A stretch of DNA of 29,519 nucleotides from Promethearchaeia archaeon (GTDB taxonomy: Archaea; Asgardarchaeota; Lokiarchaeia; Sigyniarchaeales; SOKP01): contig JAHQWL010000063.1 of assembly GCA_029856155.1 (NCBI GenBank), forward strand, positions 1 to 29,519, given 5' to 3'. Positions 18,246 to 27,321 of this stretch are shown one piece after another; the stretch's first letter is position 1, and every line of letters begins with the position of its first letter. The translations under genes were made by a program, and so were the position numbers. Below the pieces are notes generated by a model, which was not told where the DNA came from, did not search any database, and saw only the letters and a list, made by a program, of their open reading frames with translations.

Positions 18246-18289
18246 AGAAATTTAGTTACTATTTTAATAAATAAAAGTAAGTTTAACAT

Positions 18290-18820
18290 CTATATTTTTG
18301 TTCTAATAAACGATATTTTTTTTTCTAACTCATGAATCTCGTTTCTTGTATCCATTATATCTCTTGGAATCGATTTATATAATTCTAATATATATTCATA
18401 TCTTCCTAAGACTCTTGAATATTTGTTTAGTTTCTCTTCTTTTTCAGCTTTTTCTCTTAATAATTTTATTTTTTCAAGTTTTTGTTTCATTTCTGGAGTT
18501 AGTGCTTTTTGATTTTCTACTTGTTTTTCTTCATATCTTTGCTTTTCACTTATAACTTTTTGAACACGTTTCTGGAAATCTTGCTCACTTTTAGTGTGTT
18601 CTAGAGTATCTTGTTTTTCAAATTTGACTAAATTTTTTAATCTCGCTATACGCTGTTTAAGCATTTCAATTTTTCCTTGAAATCCTAGTTTCGAGTAAAA
18701 TTCTTTAGCTTCTTCTAAAAGTGAAATTGCTATTATAAAATTTTTTCTATTAAATTCTTCTTTAGATTGATTTTCAAGACGTTCAGCTTCTTTTTCAAGC
18801 ACATCAAAGGGTCCTGGCAT
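18290..18820 (-). CDS. All-helical protein with two TPR/MIT-like bundles joined by a coiled coil
   Basis: Two similar units: SKEEFNRKNFIIAISLLEEAKEFY and AEKEEKLNKYSRVLGRYEYILELY. Start is ATG 18820 or GTG 18829. Confidence 0.65.
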   Translation of the reverse strand: MPGPFDVLEKEAERLENQSKEEFNRKNFIIAISLLEEAKEFYSKLGFQGKIEMLKQRIARLKNLVKFEKQDTLEHTKSEQDFQKRVQKVISEKQRYEEKQVENQKALTPEMKQKLEKIKLLREKAEKEEKLNKYSRVLGRYEYILELYKSIPRDIMDTRNEIHELEKKISFIRTKI

Positions 18821-19062
18821 AGATATCACATATTAATTATAAAAAATATTTGGTTAATGGAGTAATTACTGTTTATTTAGAATTCATTTTTATTTTTTCA
18901 AATAATTTATCAATATTAATTATTACTGTATTATTTTTTTTTTTTAATTAATAAAATTATAATTGTTAAGAACAAAAACTTTTAAATTGACATAGATTAT
19001 TATCTAAAAATTAATCAATATTTTCAAAACTAAAAATTAAATTAATAATTCAAGGTTTTTGG

Positions 19063-20151
19063 ATGAAGAAATTAAACGTTGGGATATTAGGAGCAACTGG
19101 CATTGTGGGACAGAATTATATTAGATTATTACAAAATCATCCTTGGTTTCAAATTATTGATGTAGCAGCATCTCCTAGATCAGCAAATAAAACATATAAA
19201 GAAGCAGTTGAACAAAAATGGCAAATGGCAATTTCAATTCCTCACAATTTAAAAGATCTGATTGTTAGAGATGTTCAAGATATTAATTCAATGAGTAATG
19301 AGGTAGATTTTGTGTTTTCAGCGATAAGTCTTCCTAATAAAGAAGATATAAAAAATTTAGAGTTTAATTATGCTGAAAAAGGTATCCCTGTTATATCGAA
19401 TAACTCAGCACATAGGTGGACTCCAGACGTTCCGATGATAATTGGAGAAATTAACTATGAACATATAAACGTAATTCCAATCCAGCAAAAAAAAAGAGGA
19501 TTTAAAAAAGGATTCGTAGTCGTTAAACCTAATTGTTCATTACAGAGCTATCTTACTCCAATTTATGCATTAGAAAAAGCAGGATATAAATTAGACAAAT
19601 TAATAATCACAACACTTCAAGCCGTTTCTGGAGCAGGATACTCTGGTGTGTCATTTATGGATATGGTCGATAACATTATTCCTTATATTGATGGAGAAGA
19701 AGAAAAAACTGAAAGAGAGCCTTTAAAAATTCTTGGAACTGTTGGAGAAGATGGTATAATAAATTATGATTCAATAGAAATCAGTGCTACTTGCACTAGA
19801 GTTCCTGTTATTGATGGTCATACAGCTTCGGTTAATGTAAAATTCACAGATAAAATACCTGAAAAAAATAAAATAATTAAAATATGGAAGAATTTTAAAT
19901 CGATACCTCAAGAGTTAGATTTGCCTTTTGCCCCCGCCCAACCAATAATTTATTTAGAAAATATAGATAGACCCCAACCGAAGAAGGATAGAGATAACGA
20001 TAAAGGAATGGCGGTCACAGTGGGTAGACTTAGAGAAGATAATGTCTTTGATTATAAATTCGTATCTTTAAGTCATAATACTATAAGAGGAGCAGCGGGT
20101 GGTGCTATTTTGAATGCAGAATTATTAGTTTCTAAAGGTTTTATAAAATAA
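19063..20151 (+). CDS. asd: Aspartate-semialdehyde dehydrogenase (archaeal/fungal type)
   Basis: GATGIVG, PNCS, QAVSGAG, EEEK, RVPVIDGH, HNTIRGAAG. Confidence 0.96.
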   Translation: MKKLNVGILGATGIVGQNYIRLLQNHPWFQIIDVAASPRSANKTYKEAVEQKWQMAISIPHNLKDLIVRDVQDINSMSNEVDFVFSAISLPNKEDIKNLEFNYAEKGIPVISNNSAHRWTPDVPMIIGEINYEHINVIPIQQKKRGFKKGFVVVKPNCSLQSYLTPIYALEKAGYKLDKLIITTLQAVSGAGYSGVSFMDMVDNIIPYIDGEEEKTEREPLKILGTVGEDGIINYDSIEISATCTRVPVIDGHTASVNVKFTDKIPEKNKIIKIWKNFKSIPQELDLPFAPAQPIIYLENIDRPQPKKDRDNDKGMAVTVGRLREDNVFDYKFVSLSHNTIRGAAGGAILNAELLVSKGFIK

Positions 20152-20195
20152 GATAAAAAAATCATTTAAATGTGTTAATCATCATCCTAAATCTT

Positions 20196-21779
20196 TTAAA
20201 ATTCAAATTTATCAATTATGATTGGAAGTGAGAGTTTCAATAAGGATATCGATCTCTTCTTTTTTATTAATTTATAGAACGGAAACTCTGGATACATTTT
20301 AAAATATTTTTCATTCTTCAATAACTTTAACGTCTTAAACCTAGGGATAAAAGAAAATTTGGAGTGATTAAATATAAAATTCTTGACTATATTCTGAAGT
20401 ATTAATTTATCGAGAATAATAATAACTGAGGGAGAACCAAATTTTTCTATTGAGGCTCTTCTAATTGAAGATAATGAATTAGAATTAATATCTGAAAAGA
20501 GTTTTTCTTTATTAATTACTCTTATATTTTCCAATCTACTATCTTCAAATTCTAATAAGATTGTGTATACACAGGAATTCTTTAAAATATTATCTTGAGA
20601 ACCTTTAATTTTTTTAGTTCTGTTGAGATCTGAGATAAAAAGTAGGATTTTAGAATTCAATCCAAAATATAAATCAATATAATTGAAAATCACTTCTGGA
20701 ATTGCCCAATGAGAAATTTTTTTAAGATTTAAATTGAATCCAATAAGTCTAATTAAAAATCTTACTAGATTATTGTAGATAGTAGGTCTTGGTACCATAT
20801 CCCAATGTTTTTCAAAACTACGGTATCCAAATAGTGCTTTTTGAAATAAGAATTTTAGATTTTCTTTTGTTATAGGAATTAAAAGTTCGAAAAGGTCTGA
20901 AATGAAGGATATAATATCATTCTGATTTAGATAATAGACCTTCTCAGTTTTTAATTTTTCTAGTATAATATTTAAATTATTTTTTATTTCTGAATCATTT
21001 AGAATAATTCCTAATTCTTCAGGAGAAAAGAATTTTAATGTTAAATCTGATTTTCCAGATTTTAAAACTTTTTTTTGTAAAAGAGTAATTAATTTTGTTA
21101 TATTTCCGTCTATTAGTAGAGATATATTGAACTCAGGTAAAATTTCTTCAATGAATTTAAAGAGGTTACTGAGTTGTATTTTATTTAATAATTTTACAAC
21201 GCTTTTAAGAAAATAAAAGATAATTGGTTCGGGGTAGATTAAAAGTAAATCTTTTTCTAAGATTTTATGAATTAAATTCATAGTTCGATTTAGAAACTCA
21301 TAAAGGGATATTTCCTCAATCTTTTCACAATGTTTATTTATTAAATCAATAGCTTCTTTCTTGAATATACGAATTGATGAAATTTGAATATTTTTTTCCT
21401 TCAATAGAGCACTTTGTACTTTGCTAAATATGTCATCTAACTTTTCAATTTCTAAACTTTTAATCTTAAATAGTTTATCCGGTAAAATTTCTACAGTTTC
21501 GTGAATTCCCGCCTTTTTAGTCTTATATAAAAATAAACCTAATATTCTATTTTTTTTATCAACTACATCTACAATTATATCAAGAATGTTCTGTTGGTCA
21601 TTAATAAATTTCGGATACAAAATTTCAAAAAAATGATATAAGATATTTGGATTTATAGTTATGGGACTTAATGGTATTCTTACAACTTCCTTTACTTTTT
21701 CGGGTTCGTCCAATATATCTCTTTTCTTATTGAAACTTAGTATTTTTGACCAGTTATCTTTAAATCTTTTGTTAATCAA
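20196..21779 (-). CDS. Hypothetical protein, 527 aa
   Basis: Long ORF with no recognisable motif; starts just after the DUF362 gene. Confidence 0.75.
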   Translation of the reverse strand: MINKRFKDNWSKILSFNKKRDILDEPEKVKEVVRIPLSPITINPNILYHFFEILYPKFINDQQNILDIIVDVVDKKNRILGLFLYKTKKAGIHETVEILPDKLFKIKSLEIEKLDDIFSKVQSALLKEKNIQISSIRIFKKEAIDLINKHCEKIEEISLYEFLNRTMNLIHKILEKDLLLIYPEPIIFYFLKSVVKLLNKIQLSNLFKFIEEILPEFNISLLIDGNITKLITLLQKKVLKSGKSDLTLKFFSPEELGIILNDSEIKNNLNIILEKLKTEKVYYLNQNDIISFISDLFELLIPITKENLKFLFQKALFGYRSFEKHWDMVPRPTIYNNLVRFLIRLIGFNLNLKKISHWAIPEVIFNYIDLYFGLNSKILLFISDLNRTKKIKGSQDNILKNSCVYTILLEFEDSRLENIRVINKEKLFSDINSNSLSSIRRASIEKFGSPSVIIILDKLILQNIVKNFIFNHSKFSFIPRFKTLKLLKNEKYFKMYPEFPFYKLIKKKRSISLLKLSLPIIIDKFEF

Positions 21780-21783
21780 TTAA

Positions 21784-23256
21784 TTAAAGCGCCTCCCAGT
21801 TCTTTAATTCATCATTTAATTTCCCCTTGAACCAAAATTCATTCATTTTTGTAAGCAAGTTTAAGTTAGGAACATTTTCCTTTCCATAATAATTCATTAT
21901 TAATTCTAAACAGTTGAAAATATCGGGGGGACACCCGGGTAATTCCAAAATATTTTTGTTTGGTTTTTCCTTGATTTTAGGTTTCTTTTTCGCCTTAGGT
22001 TTTTTAAAAAGCTTATTTTTTGCTTCCCCTATGAGATTTTTTTTAGCTTCAATTATTAATTTTCTAAAATTATAGCTTTTTGTGCTATTTATTGCACAAT
22101 CTCCAAATAGAATAAAATTTCCCATTTTTTCTGGTTCAATTGGATTTTCACCGATTAAAAAAGTGTTCGTCGGATTATATTTTAAATCTTTTACCATATA
22201 TGTTTTCATGAAATTTAGCAAATGGTAAACTTGATTGAAACATCCAGAGCAATATTTACCCGAACATATGGATATATTTTTTATTTTAATATCTTCAATT
22301 TTTGAAACGCAGAAATCAACATTTATTATATTTTCTTCAATTTTTTCTCCAAGAACTTTAATATTTGAAATTTTTGGTACATTGAAATTTTTGCTTTGTG
22401 CTTGTTGTATTATTTCACAATCATTAATTTCAAGCATTAATGTTTTTAAAGTAATAAGATCAACCGAAATCGCATCTTCTCCTATAATCATTAAATTAGT
22501 CTTTTTAATTTTAGAATCTTTATAGATAAACGGACCAGCACCTTCTAATAAGTAAAATAAATCATTAATTACTAAATCAGGTTGCTTAATTGTAAATATA
22601 TTTAAAATATTTGATATAGTATCTTTTTTATATTGATCAGCAGAATTATATTCAACAATATTATACTGCTTTTTTCCAATTTTACGAAATTTTGCTGGAA
22701 TAATAGAATATGAATTTAATAAGGATAAATTGAATTTGAATAAGGGATTTACGTTTATCTGATTAACAGATATAAATTTATTTGAATTAAGAAATATATT
22801 AGGGATAGGATAATCATTATTATTTATTTTAACATTTGTAAAGGAATCTCTTTTTATTTTTTTCAATTGTTCTATGCTTAAATCTTTCTTATCATAATAG
22901 TTGCTATTGTCTAGAAATGCCAACTCTGCGCCAATAGTTTTAAAATAATCTTTCAAGTTTAGTATATCTGAAAGGACTTTGATTGGAATTCCTTTCACAG
23001 GAAAACTACCCAAAGAGATTTTACTAGCCCCTCCTTCCTTGCAAGATTTGATAAGTTCTTCCAAAACCTCAAAATTGGTATTTGTAGGAAAACCTCCCGG
23101 CAAATTTAAATTAAATTTTATAAAAACTTGGTCACCTTTATCAATAAATCTAGAAATTCCTCCAAGTGTTTCAATCCCTTTTAGTAAACTTTCTTTTGGG
23201 GAATTAGCCTTACTGATAGCGACTTCAAGTTTCTTCGATTTTGAATGGGTAAGCAT
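21784..23256 (-). CDS. DUF362-domain protein with C-terminal Fe-S Cys motif
   Basis: LGGISRFIDKGDQVFIKFNL, EGAGP, DAISVD; C-terminal CSGC…GDC…PGCPP. Confidence 0.8.
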   Translation of the reverse strand: MLTHSKSKKLEVAISKANSPKESLLKGIETLGGISRFIDKGDQVFIKFNLNLPGGFPTNTNFEVLEELIKSCKEGGASKISLGSFPVKGIPIKVLSDILNLKDYFKTIGAELAFLDNSNYYDKKDLSIEQLKKIKRDSFTNVKINNNDYPIPNIFLNSNKFISVNQINVNPLFKFNLSLLNSYSIIPAKFRKIGKKQYNIVEYNSADQYKKDTISNILNIFTIKQPDLVINDLFYLLEGAGPFIYKDSKIKKTNLMIIGEDAISVDLITLKTLMLEINDCEIIQQAQSKNFNVPKISNIKVLGEKIEENIINVDFCVSKIEDIKIKNISICSGKYCSGCFNQVYHLLNFMKTYMVKDLKYNPTNTFLIGENPIEPEKMGNFILFGDCAINSTKSYNFRKLIIEAKKNLIGEAKNKLFKKPKAKKKPKIKEKPNKNILELPGCPPDIFNCLELIMNYYGKENVPNLNLLTKMNEFWFKGKLNDELKNWEAL

Positions 23257-23339
23257 GAAAAAATATTACAAAATTCATATATTAAATTAATAATATAAAA
23301 TAATGAAAGTATTGAATTTTAAGTTAAGTGATAACTAGG

Positions 23340-24209
23340 ATGTCAAAAATTATTATTAGCGAGAATACTATTCAAATTCCATTAGATAGAATTGGAATCG
23401 ATATGGGACAAAGTCTTTCGAAAATAGTTTATTTAGAAGGTAAAGAATTAACTTTCTTTTCTTTTCCAACTCAAACTAGTATTCTAAGGATTAAAGATTT
23501 TTTAAATTCTAAAAGAGGTCAAGCAAATATTCTTAGCTTTACTGGGGGAAAGAGCTTTAATTTGCATAAAGAATATTCAAAAAATTTTGAAACAAAGATA
23601 ATAAATGAATTCGAAGCAAATGTTAAGGGGATCGAATTCCTCTATAAAGTGGAAAAAAGGAAAGAACTCCCGCGAGCATTAATAGTAACTATAGGTACCG
23701 GAACATCAATGGTTTTAAATGATGATACATGTAAACATTTAGGTGGTTCTGCGCTTGGAGGCGGTTTTTTTATGGGTTTAATTAAAGTTCTATTTAATCT
23801 GAATGATTATGAAGAAGCTTTAAACCTTGCGAAGAAAGGAAACAGATATAATGTGGATTTAAAGGTTTCTGACATATACTCACCCGATGACGATAGAGTC
23901 GATTTATTATTTAGAGAATTCACTGCTGCTTCATTAGGTAAGATTAATGAGTTTTTTAATATCAAATCTTTAAATAAGGAGGACTTTATTAATTCTATAA
24001 TCTGCCTTATCGGCGAGAATTTAGGTACAATTGCTACAATTATGGCTAAGAATAATAATGTGACAGATATCGTCTTTTGTGGAGGGTTTTTAAAAGAAAA
24101 TAAGATTTTGAAGAAAATCCTATCCTTGATATGTAAAGTTAATAAAAAAAAAGCGATATTCATAAAAAATTCTGAATTTTGTGCAGCAATTGGGGCATTG
24201 CTTATGTAA
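23340..24209 (+). CDS. coaW: Type II pantothenate kinase (CoaW/Fumble family)
   Basis: GIDMGQSLSK, TGG, EFEA, IGTGTS, GGSALGGG, GNRYNVDLKVSDIY, ASLGK, AIGA. Alternative start GTG 23328. Confidence 0.87.
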   Translation: MSKIIISENTIQIPLDRIGIDMGQSLSKIVYLEGKELTFFSFPTQTSILRIKDFLNSKRGQANILSFTGGKSFNLHKEYSKNFETKIINEFEANVKGIEFLYKVEKRKELPRALIVTIGTGTSMVLNDDTCKHLGGSALGGGFFMGLIKVLFNLNDYEEALNLAKKGNRYNVDLKVSDIYSPDDDRVDLLFREFTAASLGKINEFFNIKSLNKEDFINSIICLIGENLGTIATIMAKNNNVTDIVFCGGFLKENKILKKILSLICKVNKKKAIFIKNSEFCAAIGALLM

Positions 24210-24211
24210 AG

Positions 24212-24281
24212 TGTGCGCCGATTTGGAGATTTTTATTCATCGAAGTAAAATTCTTGTAAAAACACTATAAATCGGCGCATA
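24212..24281. other. GC-rich nested stem-loop between convergent genes (terminator, ncRNA or MITE-like)
   Basis: TGCGCCGATTT (24214-24224) and AAATCGGCGCA (24269-24279) form a perfect 11-bp inverted repeat enclosing a second, imperfect stem. Confidence 0.7.
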
Positions 24282-24325
24282 ATTATATAAAAAAATATAA
24301 CTAAAAAATAAAGTTATAAATTGAT

Positions 24326-24955
24326 TTAAGTATTTTGTGAATGTTTTTCTAGTAAATCTTTATTTGTTTTACCCATTTTTATTGCTAATTCTGCTATTAT
24401 AGCATCTAAATAACAGAAAGCGGCAATTTCAAACATCGTGCCTTCAGGTGCAAGAACTGCTGTATCTCCGACTGCCTTATCTCTTTTACTTCTTCCTTTT
24501 AATTTAATAGTTATATCACCTATCCTCCCAATTACCGTTTCGGGATGGCTCGTTATAGTAACTATTCCATAAGGTTTAACTGTATTTACATAGTTGTTTA
24601 ATAAGCTAACAACAATTCCTGTAGTTCCAGATCCAGAAAGTACAATCAAGATATCTTGTTTTCGTAATGCTGGCATGCTTGCTAAGTTTGTAACGATATA
24701 CACTTCAGCCCCCAGATGCACTAAACGGGTCGCAAAACACTCTAAAATAAAGGCACTTCTACCAGAAGCTAACAAGAAAAATCTACGATTATTTATTAAA
24801 CCATCATGGACTAAATCAATAAATTTACTGGTATATTTGAAATTCTTGTCTAAATGATCAATGTTAGCTTTAATATTGTTCATTATTAATTCCATAGATT
24901 GAAACAAAATTCTTTTTGTTTCTCCATTAACAGCTAATTCATTAGTTTCAGTCAT
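24326..24955 (-). CDS. hxlB: 6-phospho-3-hexuloisomerase (SIS domain)
   Basis: SGRS, FATRLVHLG, SGSGTT, APEGTMFE, H near the C-terminus. Confidence 0.85.
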   Translation of the reverse strand: MTETNELAVNGETKRILFQSMELIMNNIKANIDHLDKNFKYTSKFIDLVHDGLINNRRFFLLASGRSAFILECFATRLVHLGAEVYIVTNLASMPALRKQDILIVLSGSGTTGIVVSLLNNYVNTVKPYGIVTITSHPETVIGRIGDITIKLKGRSKRDKAVGDTAVLAPEGTMFEIAAFCYLDAIIAELAIKMGKTNKDLLEKHSQNT

Positions 24956-24973
24956 TTGAAGTTTTTACTCAAT

Positions 24974-25006
24974 AATTGATAATTTATCAATTTCCAATAT
25001 TTATAG
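24974..25006 (-). promoter_or_regulatory. hxlB promoter: TATA-like box plus downstream palindrome
   Basis: Minus-strand TATAAATA near 24999-25006; perfect AATTGATAA-T-TTATCAATT at 24974-24992. Confidence 0.5.
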
Positions 25007-25234
25007 TTTGAGACTTAAAATAATCTTTTTGGTTAATACTTATTTTCTATTAAAGTTTTTAAACTCCATTATCAAACCATTATTTCTGCTGAAAATTGAT
25101 GAGATCATGAATATTGTTGAAAAAATACAATTCAAAAACTGAATATCGGTTTAAAGTTCATTCTAAGTTCAATAAATTCATCTATTTATGTTATCAAATC
25201 CTATAATATGCATAGATCTTAAAAGAGTGATATA

Positions 25235-25813
25235 ATGAATAAAAGTAAAATACCTCCCAGAGCATATTTATTTCCTATGCCAATCGCTCTTATCGGGGCA
25301 AATGTGAAGGGAAAACCGAATTTTGAGACCCTTGCTTATGTCGGTATTGTTGAAAGTCAGCCACCATTAATTTCAATAGCTTCTTATGAGACTCATTATA
25401 CAAATATTGGAATTAAGGAAAATGGAACATTTAGCGTTAACACCCCCTCGGAAGATTTGGCAGAAATTATTGATTATTGTGGTATAGTTTCAGGGAAAGA
25501 AATTGATAAATCAGAAGTTTTTGATATTTTTTACGGGGATCTAAAAACAGCACCGATGGCAAGTCTCTCGCCACTAAATCTAGAATGTGAGGTAATTAAA
25601 ACCATTAAGATAAAAGATTTAGTGGAAGTTGAGGAAGGCCACGAAATTTTTATCGGAAAAGTAGTAAATGCTTATGCTGGTGAGAATATTTTAACAGAAG
25701 GAATACCAGATATTGCTAAATTTAAAACATATACATATTCTCTAAATAATTATTGGAGAGTCGGAGAAAAGCTTGCACCGGCATTTGAGATAGGAAAAAA
25801 TTATAAAAAATAA
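25235..25813 (+). CDS. Flavin reductase-like (DIM6/NTAB, flavoredoxin) protein
   Basis: PMPIALIGANVKGKPNF, FSVN, DYCGIVSG, APM…PLNLEC, GHEIFIG. Confidence 0.9.
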   Translation: MNKSKIPPRAYLFPMPIALIGANVKGKPNFETLAYVGIVESQPPLISIASYETHYTNIGIKENGTFSVNTPSEDLAEIIDYCGIVSGKEIDKSEVFDIFYGDLKTAPMASLSPLNLECEVIKTIKIKDLVEVEEGHEIFIGKVVNAYAGENILTEGIPDIAKFKTYTYSLNNYWRVGEKLAPAFEIGKNYKK

Positions 25814-25843
25814 TAATATTAATACAACTTTTTTTTGATTCAA

Positions 25844-26401
25844 ATGAATAAAGAAATCTTAAATAAACAAATTATTGATGGGAATCTTTTAAGTCCATTA
25901 CCCGTAATTTTGGTTGGAGCAAATGTAAATAATAAGCCAAATTATCTAGTAATTGGATATAGTTGTCCGTTTGTTTTTGGAAAATATATTTTCTTCAGTT
26001 TATATCCAAAACGCTATACTGCAATCGGAATTCATGAGAATATGACCTTTAGTGTAAATATCCCTTCAGACGATTTAGTGGAAAAAACCAAAATTTGTGG
26101 AAGTAAATCTGGACGAGATATTGATAAAAGTTCTCTCTTTGATAATTTTTACGGAGAATTAAAAACAGCTCCAATGATTCGTGAATGTCCAGTAAATATA
26201 GAATGTAAAGTATATGAAATCCTCGACTATGGCGATGGTGAAGGAATTATTGGCAAAGTAATTAAATCTTATGTAAATCAACAATATACAATTGAAGAAG
26301 AAGGTGATATTAAACTCGATTGGAGGAATATTCATCCAATTATTTGGACTACAGGGGGTGACTTCAACTATTATAAACTTGGTGAAAGGATTAAATCCTA
26401 A
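25844..26401 (+). CDS. Flavin reductase-like (flavoredoxin) protein, tandem paralog
   Basis: PLPVILVGANVNNKPNY, FSVNIP, CGSKSG, APMIRECPVNIEC. ATG 25844; alternative TTG 25835. Confidence 0.9.
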   Translation: MNKEILNKQIIDGNLLSPLPVILVGANVNNKPNYLVIGYSCPFVFGKYIFFSLYPKRYTAIGIHENMTFSVNIPSDDLVEKTKICGSKSGRDIDKSSLFDNFYGELKTAPMIRECPVNIECKVYEILDYGDGEGIIGKVIKSYVNQQYTIEEEGDIKLDWRNIHPIIWTTGGDFNYYKLGERIKS

Positions 26402-26479
26402 GAATTAGAATGAGGAAAATTAATCTCAACTTGATAAGTCCCCAACTAATTTTTTAAAGGATGTAATTGATTTAAATAT

Positions 26480-27271
26480 ATGAATACTGAACTAGCTCAA
26501 ATGGTTACCCTAACTTCTTATGGTAATGCGTATTTAACTAACCAATCCATAAGTTTAGATCTTAATCATTCTACTACTGATTCATGTAAAAAAATTAGTT
26601 TTATAGAATTGATTTCTAATGGAGAGACATCAGAAGAGATTCTTTTAGCAAATACTCCTAATGAATGGTTTGAGTACTTAAGAAAAAGTGGTGTTAAACA
26701 TCTAAAGATCCATTTTCAACCTACTGGGGGTGATAGAATGTCTGCTTCGTTTATAGGAGGAGGGGGGAGATGGATAATTGAAGCATTCAAAAAACCACTT
26801 TCTGATATTTGGGATGTTAGGTGGAATGTAAACCCTTTTGAAGGTAAAGAGAGAATTTGGACCGTCACTTATGGTTTAACCTCGAAAAATTTAAATCTCC
26901 CCAAAATAGTTTATCCACCATTAGAATACTGGCATAAAGAATTGATAATTGCGATTACAAAGATAAAAAAGTTTGCTGAAAAACAATCTTTAGTTCAATA
27001 TATTGAAATTTTTCAGGATGCTCTTGATTGTATAGTATCTGATGATCCGCTCAGTTTAATTACCCATAATGATTTAGTCCCTCCAGAGAAGTATGATCTT
27101 AAAGCAAAACAAATTTTTGCGGCTTGTAATAACGCTTGGATTGTCGCAATGGTAGATTGGAATGAGCTAAATTTTAAGGGTAAAATACAAAAAGAATATA
27201 ATCAATTATCTGATGATTTATATCTTAAAATATGCAGAGCTATAATGGTAGCGACAAATTCATTTCTTTAG
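26480..27271 (+). CDS. Hypothetical protein
   Basis: 263-aa ORF, Trp-rich with a GGGGRW motif; no family recognised. Confidence 0.75.
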   Translation: MNTELAQMVTLTSYGNAYLTNQSISLDLNHSTTDSCKKISFIELISNGETSEEILLANTPNEWFEYLRKSGVKHLKIHFQPTGGDRMSASFIGGGGRWIIEAFKKPLSDIWDVRWNVNPFEGKERIWTVTYGLTSKNLNLPKIVYPPLEYWHKELIIAITKIKKFAEKQSLVQYIEIFQDALDCIVSDDPLSLITHNDLVPPEKYDLKAKQIFAACNNAWIVAMVDWNELNFKGKIQKEYNQLSDDLYLKICRAIMVATNSFL

Positions 27272-27321
27272 AGATAAAAAATAACATTTTTTTTTTAATT
27301 GGAACTTAAAGGGGATCTATT

